Positions 39,467 through 52,097 of a stretch of DNA of 64,000 nt are shown here, piece by piece. Both the position numbers and the translations under genes were made by a program. How positions within the stretch are numbered: position 1 is the first letter of the stretch; each line of letters starts with the position of its first letter. This DNA is from Geosiphon pyriformis uo1 (lineage: Eukaryota; Fungi; Glomeromycota): positions 124,001 through 188,000 of the forward strand of contig JAAOMT010000602.1 in the NCBI GenBank assembly GCA_016748015.1, read 5' to 3'. The notes below the pieces were generated by a model. It was given only the letters and a program-made list of their open reading frames with translations, did not search any database and was not told where the DNA came from.

Positions 39467-40392
39467 TATTTAAAAGCATATGAATTACATCAAAATAGAA
39501 TTTCAATCTAATCTATATTGTTTTGAAAAGTGGTCAATGCTACAAGGGTCACTATGGTGTTATTTCAATATCAAATTATTTTGGCATGTATTGGTTCTTA
39601 ATTGATATTTTTCTCGGCTTCAGAACTTGAATAAAGAATTATGAGTACTTAAGTGTCAATATTTACAAGTGAAATATTGAAAAATACAAAACTATGGAGA
39701 AATACAAAGCACCAATCGGTGATCCTTAACCTTAAACAATAATGTGCTATCTTCTCTTTATCAAAATTCGCCATACTTCAGAGCATACTAAAAAAAGTAT
39801 TTTTCATAACTTATTCTAAAGCCTTAAGAGAAAGACAGTTTCTTTCAAATAACTCTCGAAAGTTTTTTATTGGATCTCAATTGTTATTTTATCGAATATG
39901 AGCACTGGGTTCTGATTGAAAAAAATCATAACTTAATTGTAAAAGACCAATTGCATTTGCCCTCATATCAGAAAAGTAAACTTTCATGCAAAAAATTTCC
40001 CACATGACGCGAAAATGGTCTGCAGACTAATAATTATTTTTGAACGGTTTTTTTTTCAAAACAAACCTTGCAAATTTTGTCAGGCAGGTTCACAACCGGA
40101 AGCTTTAGCATAATTTAGAGTGATTAACGAATTAAAGATAATGATGCGGGATATTTGATTTGAAAAAATTTTCAAGGTTCTAGAATCTGTTCAATTATCG
40201 AAATAATTTGTTAATATGAAAGAAAAAGCTCAATAAATATCAACTATTTTTCCTTTCCTGAAATTGATGATCTCTGCTGGAAAATTAATTAATACGCAAT
40301 TCATTTCTTAAGGACTGAAACCTCGTCTTGATTATCGAAATTTATAAATAATTTTCACTTAGATCATCCATAAGCATAAATATAAATTAAAA

Positions 40393-41520
40393 ATGTCCAA
40401 CGGTCCAAACAAACTCTCGCGTAAAGAATTAAAAGGAATTATCGACCTCGAAGAAGTGCCTTCTAATCGTTATGACTACCAAGTTGTCGTTTTAATCGCC
40501 CGAATCTTATATCGCGTACAATTGACTCTTTTCAATAAAAACACCCTTGAAGAGTGGGAAACAGAATCTATTATTCATCGTGAACTGAAGCAATATCATG
40601 GATCCAAAAATATAACATCTTCGAAATTGACAAATGACAGGCCAAAATGTTTGAATGAACAATTTACCGAAGAATTTTGTTTGCTCCTTGCGCATTCAAA
40701 ATATCCATTACAAAACATAGAAAGTATTTTAACTACACAGATAGCAACGTTTAAAAAATCGACAAAATATGAAAAAATTCGTCAAATATATTCCAACATG
40801 CGTACTTTAGCCAGAGATATAATTTCCACAATGAACTCACAACTTCCAAATGAAGATCTCCATTCCCTCGAGTTAAAAAATCCTAGCAACAATCGAAATA
40901 ACGATGGCTTAGGAAGTTTTGACCTCAAAAAACCATTCTCACAATTGATTACTTTTGCTGATGTTGAATGCCTTAATTTTGAAAGTAGTGGTTCAGACAT
41001 TTTACAACCCCCATTACCACTTTGCTGGCTCGGCATATTAACAAATGGTCAAATCTTTAGTAGAAGTGAAGTATCTTGCTTCAAATTGCGAAATAAGGAA
41101 GGAGATTCAAAAGGAACAATTTACAGAAGTCAATTAATTAGAATGAAACTTGTACAGACTATTTACAAAACCTCAAAAGGCATGTTGATAGAAAATAGAA
41201 AAAAAAGCAAGGGAAATGTTGCTGAAATTCCCGAAGATGAACCATCCGACCATAAAACCTCCTTTCCCGATTCAAATATTTCCTTGGAGCAGGATCTACA
41301 TGCTAACGTAAATCAATTCCCACTAAAGATTCTGATTCCTATCCCGATCTATCCTCCTAATTTTGCACGTCCCAATTTGAGGCACATTCAGGACCCTCCT
41401 CTTCCCAAATTGAGAGATCTTGGTCCTCCCGTTTATAATTTTAGCAAAGGTCAATTTTCAAATGACAATCAAACTAGTTGCTTTCGTCGTTTAAAAAGAT
41501 TTCACCCTTATGAAAATTAA
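40393..41520 (+). CDS. Hypothetical, probably nuclear, protein (375 aa)
   Basis: Long intronless ORF. Pro-rich C-terminal region ending RRLKRFHPYEN (PY-NLS-like). No recognised domain. Confidence 0.7.
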   Translation: MSNGPNKLSRKELKGIIDLEEVPSNRYDYQVVVLIARILYRVQLTLFNKNTLEEWETESIIHRELKQYHGSKNITSSKLTNDRPKCLNEQFTEEFCLLLAHSKYPLQNIESILTTQIATFKKSTKYEKIRQIYSNMRTLARDIISTMNSQLPNEDLHSLELKNPSNNRNNDGLGSFDLKKPFSQLITFADVECLNFESSGSDILQPPLPLCWLGILTNGQIFSRSEVSCFKLRNKEGDSKGTIYRSQLIRMKLVQTIYKTSKGMLIENRKKSKGNVAEIPEDEPSDHKTSFPDSNISLEQDLHANVNQFPLKILIPIPIYPPNFARPNLRHIQDPPLPKLRDLGPPVYNFSKGQFSNDNQTSCFRRLKRFHPYEN

Positions 41521-42852
41521 GATTTTAAGCATTTTATCCAATCTTCAACGTAAATAACCTCTTTGTCTTTCTTTTTAAGCATCCAATCGAATCCTAGAAA
41601 TTTTCAGTGAAAAGGTGATCATTATAGCTTCTTCGTCTTGTAACTTTTTGTGCGACTGTAATTTTGTTTTATTCGGGGTCTTATGGTCAGCAGGAAATGT
41701 CATCGCAGCGTTATTGTTTCTTGACTTCAATCTGCCTAAACATTTTTAGAGATCTGTTTCTGAATTGAAAAATATTTCGATTAATATAAAATTGCATTTT
41801 ATGACATAAGAATGGGTTTAGTAAGATTTAATAAGAGTAATTTTGTAATGCTGATCTCGTGTACCAATTTTATAGTACCAAAGCTATTGAATGAGGAAAT
41901 TGAATTAAAAAGCAATAATTTTGCTTTGCAAAGGAACAATATAAGATAAATATATGTGGATACAAGAAGTGGGCACAATTCAAATTGCTTTACACAACTG
42001 GTCTTCAATACCAAAAATTTTATGACACTGATCATAAATTCAATTTTACTTTGATATGGTGAAAAAGTCTTTGACAATCATTCACAGATCGGGTACTTCA
42101 GAACCCATCATTTAATGATTCGCTACTCATATATGATTGGCGGGATATGGGATGATCGAATACTGACGCGTGCATGATTGTTTGTTGAGGCGTTAATCCA
42201 CTGGGGAGGTGCGTGGTTAAACAATGACATACCCTGAGGCTATTCCTTTTGCGAAATTCAATTCTCAATTTTGAAACCCCTCCAATCAAAATAGTAATCT
42301 TGTAGAACCTGTTTTTAAAATCTTGAAGGTTAGCGACCCTAAAAATATATTCATTAACCAATATCCAATCCGCGAAATCAAGGGTTTGTTTTCATTTTGA
42401 ACAAAATGCGGAAAAAAACTATTGCCCGCTGAATTTAATTGGATCTATCCATATTCAATCACTGGTAACATTGTTTCAGCTTTCATTGATTTCTTTTTTT
42501 AAAGTTGTCTATTGATGTTAAGAAAAGTCATGAAAATCTCAAAGGATTAAGAGTCATGCATTTCATATTAATTAAAACTCCATTGGCGAATCAAAATGAA
42601 AGGTTGTCCTTCGCCAATTGATGGGGCTTATTAACGGTTCCAGCAAATGCCCTAGCTGATCCACCATTGTCTGTCGAATCTATTGATCTATTTATCAAAC
42701 ACAATTCACCTGTCAAATTTGCATAAAATCTCAATCATTTGTGATCGCGTCCCGATATCTGTTAGAAATTCATTTCTTCATCGTTAGAATATCGCTTAAA
42801 TACTAGTATATCAATACTTTTTGCTAACTCATAACTCTCTTCATTTTAAAAG

Positions 42853-43643
42853 ATGATTGCTGAGCGGGAACCTATCAGAAAATTCTCATCCTCCTCACAT
42901 CAAACCCAAGCAGATAAAGATAAATATACTGATGAACTACACGCTGACCATTATTTCTTGAGAGAACTTTATGGAAATAACATTTATGCCTTCCCTTTGA
43001 AGAAAGAATTGAGAGTTGGTATTGATGTCTGTAATATTGGGTAACTTCATCTTTCCAAAAAAAAATTATCTGATCGATCAAAAATACATAATTCACCAAA
43101 ATTTATGTTGTAATTCTTTGAAGTTGTGGCGCAGGAACATGGATCTGTGAAATGGCAGCAAATTTTAGTCATTCACGTTTTCAAGGCCTAGACGACGCCG
43201 AATTTTATCCCATAGCGGTAAAGCCAAAAAATGCGGTCTTTGATTATGTACGAAAGCTTCATCATATCCCTATTCTCGACCAATCTTATGACTACGTGCG
43301 ATATTGCAATTATGCATCACGACTTTCGGGATCGCAGAAAGCATTCGAGCCAATCCTACATGAAATGGAACGTCTTACACGAAAATATGGTTGGATTGAG
43401 GTTATAGTCTCGAATAAGGAAGCGCTGGATTGCATAATTGAATGTGGTAAGTTGACAAAAGTAATGCTTAAAATGGCTTGAATATTCTACGTAATTTCAC
43501 GCTTAATTGCTTGCTTTATAGACAACTTCAAAAATATCCAGCATGAAAAACGAGAAATTCCTTTGAAAGGGCGTCGAGGTAAAAAGCAGAAAATATATAG
43601 GATATGGGCACAGAAAATCGGGATGCCGTGTGCAATGCTTTAA
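42853..43643 (+). CDS. Class I SAM-dependent methyltransferase (fungal LaeA-like/Methyltransf_23-25 type), 3 exons, ~210 aa, internally shortened
   Basis: Exons 42853-43040, 43124-43446 and 43522-43643 (633 nt). Motif I CNIGCGAGTWICEMAANFSHSRFQGLD, then IPILDQSYDYV, LHEMERLTRKYGWIE and C-terminal RIWAQK. An upstream exon is possible. Confidence 0.8.
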
Positions 43644-43749
43644 TAGATATTCCTTTGCCATTAATATTTTTCTTGAATCTTCATTTGCTCAAAAATTTCT
43701 GTACATAAAAATAAAATGATAAAAGGTTGAGATCTTTGTTAATAGCAAA

Positions 43750-45775
43750 AATTCTCTGAATCATATGGGGCATGCTGCAAAAAAACCAGATAAAGTGAAC
43801 ATTTGACATCACAATGTTAAGTTTTTTTTTCAAGTATCATCGTTATCAACTACATGCGAAGATGATTAGGAAATCGAAATCTTTATTTGGGGTGCTAATA
43901 TTGTCAACTCATTTTTACGTGAGCGCAGGGTGCTTGACCTTCTTGGGTTTATGTGGCATGTCCAAAGTCTTGGAGACATATCCCATGGGCGAAGGCGGCG
44001 TTCAATTTCCCTCAAACGAAAAGTGCACCGATGACCGAAATAACTCCTCCAAGTTCCCCGCACTTTTGATTGGATAGCATTCATCTTAAGTATGCCTGTG
44101 TAAGCATAATTAGAGGATGCCGAGTCCCCACTTACAAGTTTAGATAGAGCCTATGAACATATCGAAGCTCATTTTGTAAAGGTGGAGTTGTGTGCAGAAC
44201 ACGTGCAGAAAGCCGATGAAGTTCTTGATGGATATCCTCAAGAGCCATATGGGTGAGTTACCTTAATGGTTAACACACAGAAGTTAAAAAAGTTTTTTTT
44301 TTTTTTCAAGATACTTCGTCGTCAAAAGCTACGAGCCAAGCTTCGACTTCATCGTTCATCTTGATCATTTCGATGCGCGCCGCCCTGCGTAGCTTTTTCC
44401 AGACTGTTGATGGAAATCGACTCTTGATAGAGCCACTTTCCCTCTCTTCGCTCAAATCTAGGATATCATAAAAGGCAGCTCTGTTTAAGAAAAATAGTGT
44501 AATCAGTAAAAGAAATGACATCCAGCTCAACAAACACAAAAAATTGAGTGCTAACTCATAATTATCCACTGCCTTCTGTTCTAGCAACTTCGTGACAACA
44601 TCAATCCCATCGACAATATAAGGGACGCAATCCTATACCAAGAAATCAACCTGAGTTGAAATTTATATGGAAGGTGAAGCCAAAAAAGAGATCAATCATA
44701 CCATCCCATTGATCATCTCCGGTTCCTCGCTAACTTCAACTGAAGTTTGCTCCTCACGATCCTCACCGCTATCGTCTCTTTGACGCTTCGTTGAGCTCTG
44801 GAAAACACGAAAAATGATTAAATTAAACAGAACAAGATCATAAGGTCGAATCCAGTAACATCGTGACAAGAGACAAAGTTATAAGTTGGATTGGAATATT
44901 CTTCGACCTGTTCGTCGGCTAATCTTCGCTTATGGTCCAAAGCAACGGAAGTTGATGCTACCATGACATTGCTCTCCTCATCCTCTTTGCTCAAGCTTTT
45001 ATTCTATAGATTTTATATTCTTATTCATTAATTGATTGAGATCACTTCTAAAGTCAGTATCATTCCACAAATTTCTCACCAAATTTTTCGCCGCCGCCTC
45101 ATCACTGTCATTTTGGTCCGCTGTAATAATGTTAAATCTCTTTTTGCCGATTGCATTCGCGTGACTGTTCAGCTCTTTACTTCGGTCTAGGACGTAGTTT
45201 ATCTAGCAGAAAACCGTTAGCTATAAGTTATATCACAAAATCAATTTGAGCAATGATTTAATTATATTACATTTTCTTCGTTAATCTGGGGAGCCTTTAG
45301 CTCACTCCGTAATTCGGTAAGTTTAATGCTACATTGCCGATCCAAAATTTTGTGATTGTTCCAAAATGCATCGACTTCTGAAGAGCATATCGTAGTCTAG
45401 AAGCTCATTAGGATAATGAGGTACAAATCGGGGGATGAAAAAGCAATTAAAACTAAGTTTGACGGCGAGGAAAGTGATATTAATAGTAACTGTATAACAT
45501 TGGGGACTTCGGGTACTAGTGTGTTGCAGCAATGGCTCCGGGCCTACCAAAGAACCCAATCGACTGTGGGTGGATTGTACCACCTTACAAACTCCGGGTT
45601 TTACTTCAAGGGAAGGAATCTTGGCCCATCAAAAGAACTGAAACTTGAAAATCACCTCCCAAATATCAAGCAACTCCTGCGCCTTCCGCACATGAGTATT
45701 ATCTTTGCTATTTTTGACAACGGTTTTGAGGAGTGTTTTGAATCTATTGTGTTCCTCTCTTGAATCTTGCTCCAT
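43750..45775 (-). pseudogene. Multi-exon gene of unknown function, apparently disrupted in its 3' half
   Basis: In-frame spliced exons from ATG 45775: MEQDSREE...KAQELLDIWE | TTICSSEVDAFW... | INYVLDRS... | acidic linker exons | DCVPYIVDGIDV... | AAFYDILDLS...FPSTVWKKL. The frame breaks near 44260 and downstream. Confidence 0.55.
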
Positions 45776-46099
45776 ATATAGAAAAGACGTCGCTTTGTCG
45801 ACCAAAGTGCGGTAACGAGAGTAAAAGTCAAGGATAGGACGCGTGAATGATATTTACACAGACGTTAGTGGCGTCATCATCCATTTGATATGCAAAGAAT
45901 TTTACAAAACCAAACAAGCAAATATAATATTTTTTATTAATCTGATTTTTTTTTGTACTATTTATTGTTTTAAGTGGATTATTAAAAAATTGTCTGTTTT
46001 AAATGCATTTTTGAAAATTTTAATAAACAATCACAATAATTTTTTTAATGTAAAAAAATCCTCAATAAAACCAAAATAATAATTAATATAAATATTACT

Positions 46100-48500
46100 A
46101 TTATTTTTTTATTTACAAAAAGATAAATTTAAATATAATATATTTTATAGATTGTAATAATAATATTATTAAATGTTAACAAGTATAATCCAAATTATAG
46201 CCTTTAATAAAAGCAGCTCATATATTTTTATATGTAACCAGTAATCCGAATAAAACTAAATTATATTAAATATTACAAACAAATTTTTAGTATTTATCTT
46301 ATTAATAACAGAATTTAGATTTATACTACTTTTAATAAACTTACTTAATCTTTTTTTATTATATTTTATGTTATTATTTAAACAAATATTATCCAGTTTA
46401 TCCAATATTTTTATGTAAAAAAATTTAAGATCTCAACTTAATTTTTAATTTAAATCCAACAAAAAACAATTTTATTTTTATTTTTATTATTAAAATAATT
46501 TGTTTTTGACAAAACCAAAAAGCTAAACAACCAAAATACCAAAAAATTTGATTATTTAATTTATTAATTAATTAATTTAACAACTTAACTTTTAAAATAG
46601 TCAACTTAATATTAAAGTTATCATTAATAATATATAATATAAATTTTAATATTTTGGAAAAATAGTAAAATTTAAGAGTTTTTTTACTAAATATATTATT
46701 TTGCAAAGTATTAATTTTAATAATAGCTTTATTAAAAAGCTTTTTGCTTTAATATAATAATAAATTTTTAATAATATTCAAATTAAACTATTATAAAATA
46801 AAACAAGTTTAATCATTAATCTAAAGACATTATAACCAAAAAAATTAAATTAACTTGGTTTTATATGTATTATAAAAAAGGATAATTTTTTTTTAATTAA
46901 ACAATAATATACTGTCAAAAACCAGTTTAATACTAGATATTTTAAAAAAACATTATAAAAATAAGATCAAATTGAATTAATAAGTCCAATCTTAATAATA
47001 ATATTTAAAAAAACTTAAGATATAAACTTTATACAAAAAAACCTAACTTTATTTTTAAAATCCAATTTTATATTAATAAAATTATATACAAATTAAAATA
47101 TATTTTTAATAAAAGTTATTTTAATTTTAATAATATATTTAATAAGTTATTGTATTATCAATTATTAGAAAAATAGTATTTTTATTTATATTATTATTGC
47201 TTAAAATTAACAAATTTTTATACAAATTAATCCTAATTTTATCTAGATTTTTAATTTAAATTTCGAAAAAAGTATTAACAGATTTAATTACTTATAATAT
47301 TAAATAAGTTAATTTTAATATCTAAAACTTTGAAAATTTTATTTTAATATAACGTTTTTATTACAAAGATTAAAGTAAAACTTATTATTAAAAAACAATA
47401 ATAGTAAAAGCAAAAATAAAATTCAATATTACAATAACTTTAGCAATTTTAAAAGTAATAAAAAAATTAACAAGTTTAGTAATAGTATTTAATAAAACCT
47501 AATATTATTCTTGATAAACAACTTAATACCAATACATTTTTAATATAAATTATTTTTATTTAAGCAAAAATACCAAGAATTAAAGTAAAAATCATTTATT
47601 CAGCAAATTTTTAATAATTGGTAATTATTTTCATTGGACAATACAATTAAATATTATTTAAAAACAGAGTTAACAAATATATTATTATTATTGTTTAAAA
47701 CAAAAAAGAGCAATCAAAATAAAATTAAGTATTGTAATTAATATAAATAACATAAAACTGGTAAAAATATTAAAAAAAAAAAAACAGATCACAAACCATT
47801 AAAAGTGTTTTGAAAAACTTTTTAGTTTAAAAATATTTAAGCAAAATATTTTTAAAAAATGCTGTTTAACTGTTTTTATAACTAAAATAACTTTTAAATA
47901 ATAATACTTTTATTAATTACAGAAAAAATAGTAATTGTTTTTTTACTTTTTGTTTTAATTGTAATTATAAAAATATAAAAAAAAGAGATTTTCTTATATA
48001 ATTAAAAATAAACTAATTTATAATATTAAAAAAAAACAAAAAGTACATAATTTGTAAAAAATACCAGATTTAAATTTTGATTGTTAAAGTTTATAAAGCT
48101 ATTATTACTAAATAACATTTTTTTAATTTTTACAAAATAATTATATAAGAATAAATATTTTATTAGTATTTAAAGAAAATATTGTAAAAATTAATTTTTT
48201 AGAAATTTCTGTCAAAAAGTTATTTGAAACCAATCAATTATTTTATTTTTATATGCAAATAATGTTTAAATATAAAAAATATCAAAAATATCAAAAATAT
48301 CAAAAAAAATATTAAAACAACTAAAATATTGATTAATACTATTACATAAAAAATATAATACATAAGTTATTATAATCTTAAATTCAAATTAAGATAAAGT
48401 TATTGTTAAAAAAAGTAAAGTTATAATTAAGTTATATAATAATATAAAGTCTATTTATTCAACAATATTCAAGCCATTAATTTTAAAGCTTAAACAATTA
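46100..48500 (-). mobile_element. Heavily mutated LINE-like ORF1 relic, copy 2
   Basis: 46665-46830 and 47920-47995 align by eye with 800-960 and 1840-1910. Confidence 0.6.
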
Positions 48501-49274
48501 TTGACTGTGAAAAGTTTTTTGCCAATGATAAATAATTTTTTTTTTTTAATAAAGCAAAAATTTGTTTTGTGACTGTTATTTTTACTATTAAAAGATCATG
48601 TAATTATAAATTGGCATAATATGTCTTTGTTTTTATATTGAAAAATACTCTAGATATGAAAATTTAAAAAATAGTATGAAATAAGATTTCTTTAATTTTA
48701 CCCAAGAAAAGAATAATTATTTTTAAAAATATTTCCCATTTTTTATTATTAAAAGATATCAGAAAAAAAACCTGCATTTTTAATTGCAGTCGCGTGTGAG
48801 TACAGCATGTTTGTTTATGTTGTGTCAACTTATTATTATACAGTTTTTTACATTGTCTCTATTACTCTGTCTGCCTTTCTTAAAAGAGCCCTTTCCAAAA
48901 AAAGGTTCCGAAATTCTTTGAATAAACCCGGAAATAGTTAATTTCTAGAAATTTTATGCTTAGAAATCAGTCAGTCTTTAAATGGATTAAAGAATTATTA
49001 GAGATCACACAACAATTACGATACGTTACTATATTTTTTAACATTCTCATTTCAAAAATAGCTTAGTTTCTTACTAATATGTAAATCATGAGAAGAATAC
49101 CATTTTCTCTATTGTTGCTAATAAGTCATTAATAGATTTTGTACTCTTAATTAATAAGCCTTTTGTTAATTAAATAAATTTAAAACTTTAAAAATTATAA
49201 ACAAATTATGAAAGATAGAAAAGGAAATATTTATATTGGAGTTTTATTGTTGCCGAGCTTTTATTCTTCAGATT

Positions 49275-49298
49275 AATCAATCAATCAATCAATCAATC
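49275..49298. repeat. (AATC)n microsatellite
   Basis: aatcaatcaatcaatcaatcaatc. Confidence 0.85.
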
Positions 49299-51089
49299 CA
49301 TTAAAAGATTAAGTTGCAAGATCTTTCTAATTAATGATTGCCTTACAACAAATTTCTTTTGAGCTCATCATAAATAATGTCAAAACTCAAAGGCTAAACA
49401 AATTGGATATATGTTTATAGAGGGGGTAGAATCTAACTAAAAATGTAAGCAAATTCTTGAGGAAAACTGTTGGTGAGTTGGGAAAAAATAAAAGTCTAAA
49501 TTTAATATCTTTTTCAAATTAGTGATTTTAAATTCGTTTAAATCTTCAAGTATCAAGATTAGGAAAAACATGGGACCGTAATAAAGATCAAATTTACAGT
49601 TGAAGTGATAAAAGAAAAATAAGTGAAAGTTAAAATACTCAACATAAATTTCATTAAAAATCAAGGAAAAATGCTTGGCTAAAAACTTGAAAATTCTCGC
49701 AAAAAGATTGATACCGTTCACCAACTTGATTTGGCCGAAATGAGGATCCCAAGGGCACCACATAAAATTATCTACAAAATTGATTTACTCCCAGAATCAA
49801 GAATGAACGAACAAAAGTTTATAATTTCACTTTATAAGGGAATGACTTGATATCTTCTCTTGAACTTTACGGAAATATTTTTACTTAAAGGTCATTTAAG
49901 TCATGCGGTATAACACCTCATGGTTCCCTGATTTTTTTTTGGCATAACCATCATTTTTACAAGGGAGCGTCGATCACAAGTTAGGGGAAATAACATGACA
50001 AATATGTGGTGGGTGTTTTGGTATTTCAAATTAAGAAAGTCAGACTTGAGAATTAAGTAGATCTAATTCGTTCCTTGTATTTTCCCGGACTAAGTAAAGT
50101 TCAAGAATTTCCATTTCGACAATTACTTTTTAAAGCAATACCCGTTGATTTCCCATCGCATGAAATCTGTGCATCAAGCATATCGACGAACACACACCCC
50201 CAAAGTTAAATTCGGATAAAAAAATTGCCAGACTATTAAAAGAGTACCTATTCATGCGTCGAAGTATATGTGCTAATTCGCAAATCTTACGTGCATAAAA
50301 CTTGAATGGTATCAAGGTTTTGAAATTTGTGCAGTCTTGTATTATTTTCTTAAAAGGCAATGGAGAACATAATTTTTAACATGGTCCAAATCCCATGACA
50401 AGGATTATTGATTTTTTCGTTAGTGGATGTTGCTAAATATAGATCAGGCTTCATCTCTTCGGGACATAAAACAATTTTTTTTTAAAATACACCGTTTGGT
50501 GGTTGATTGTTGATCTTAGTTTTTCCGCTTTGAAAATTCGACCTTGAACTGACAAATATAATTAAAAAAAAAAAGGAAAAAACAGAATTTTCTGAGTCAT
50601 TATAATTTTCAATTAAAAATAAAATTTTAATTGAAAATGAAGAAGAAAAAAGAAACCTTAAAACTTTAAATGAAAAAAAGGTATTGAAAATAGTTTGGAA
50701 AAAATAATTTTTACTTTTAAAAAGATTAAGATCGAATCAATCAACCCCTAAAAGTACCAATAAACGAACTCAAAATTTTTATTTCCTTCAAATAAGTTTT
50801 ATCTGTGTATAATAATAAAAAGTTCTTTGAATTTCCAAAATTATAAAAATTAAATACACAAAACTCTTGGAAAAAGAATTAAAAAGAATTTGATAATCGA
50901 AATTGCAAATTTTTTTTGAAACGCGTTGCTCGATTGCACATTTATGCTATTGAAAATCTCGAATGAACAAAAAAGGAATAGCTGGTATTGAATTTTCTTA
51001 CTTAAAAATACGCCCGTATCCCGGGTATCTAAACAAAGCTTCTGTGAAGTTTTGATTTTAGTTTTTGAAAATCCTTACCCATCTCAAAC

Positions 51090-52097
51090 ATGTCGTTTGA
51101 TTCCTTCCTTCAAGATCCTTTAATTCGTGAATATCTTAATACAATAAACTCTGAAGAGGATCCAGAAGAATTTCTTCATACCATGAAATTATTGTTAAAT
51201 CCTCCATATGCCTTAACTCTACCATTCAAACAATTAATAAAGCCATCATCAAACCCTCGACGACTGAATCCACCACCAAGGCCAGCCAATCCATTCTTGA
51301 TCTTTCGCAGGAATTTCATGGCCAAAATAAAATCTTCGATGAGCCCCACAGATATTCTACCACCCATTGGAAGGATTTCTCAACTTGCTTCAGAAAGTTG
51401 GAAACAGCAACCGCTTGACGTGATTGATTACTTTTATAGTTTGGCAAACCTAGCAAAAAAGGAACACTTGAGACTTTACCCAGATTATATATTTAATCCT
51501 AAAATACGCCGCGGTCCACCACCAATGCGAACGTATAAATACGCTATAAAGGATACTTATATCGATTCAATAGAAAATTCTCAATTAAAATCAAATAGTA
51601 CAGTTCAAAATACTGTAAATGAGAAAGTACCAGATCTCATTCTTGAATCTCAAAAAAAAACTTCCCATATGGATTCTATATTAGATGAAGAAGAAACAAA
51701 CAATCCCAATCTTCACATTCACACTCACACTCACACTCCTTACCCTCATTTCACCAATTCACCAACTCACCAAACGTGTAATGTTGAAAGGGAAATTTTT
51801 AATGAAAATTTGACAGAAAAATCGGTTTCAGAAACTTATGACTCTTTCAATACCGATGGCTTTCAAATGGCTTTCGATTCTGGTGAAATTGATCAGAGAG
51901 TAGAAAAGTCCTCGATCTTGAGTAATAATGTTGATGAAATTGATTTTAATACTCCAGAGTTTGATCATTCACTAAAAAACCCCTTTATTCCTATAAAGAA
52001 TGATCAAAATCAAAATCAGAATTTAGAAGAAAATACCCTTGGGTCCCTATACATTTTCTCCCAATTAGAATACGCTCTATATTACATTTCTCAATAA
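51090..52097 (+). CDS. MATA-type HMG-box transcription factor, 335 aa
   Basis: PPRPANPFLIFRR...ISQLASESWKQQP...YFYSLANLAKKEHLRLYPDYIFNPK, preceded by the PPY.LTL motif typical of the expanded Glomeromycotina MATA-HMG family. Confidence 0.93.
   Translation: MSFDSFLQDPLIREYLNTINSEEDPEEFLHTMKLLLNPPYALTLPFKQLIKPSSNPRRLNPPPRPANPFLIFRRNFMAKIKSSMSPTDILPPIGRISQLASESWKQQPLDVIDYFYSLANLAKKEHLRLYPDYIFNPKIRRGPPPMRTYKYAIKDTYIDSIENSQLKSNSTVQNTVNEKVPDLILESQKKTSHMDSILDEEETNNPNLHIHTHTHTPYPHFTNSPTHQTCNVEREIFNENLTEKSVSETYDSFNTDGFQMAFDSGEIDQRVEKSSILSNNVDEIDFNTPEFDHSLKNPFIPIKNDQNQNQNLEENTLGSLYIFSQLEYALYYISQ

Noticed and set aside
41560-42500. Possible second TKL kinase fragment on the minus strand (ILVNEY..ANLQDF..FAKGIASG across frames)
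   Set aside because: Needs several frameshifts and lacks the catalytic motifs, so it is left uncalled.
50605-50638. 14-bp inverted repeat attttcaattaaaa/ttttaattgaaaat
   Set aside because: Almost entirely A/T and plausible by chance at this composition.
51090-52097. HMG gene as a mating-type (sexP/sexM) locus
   Set aside because: MATA-HMG genes are highly expanded in this group, and no flanking tptA/rnhA or HD1/HD2 genes are present.
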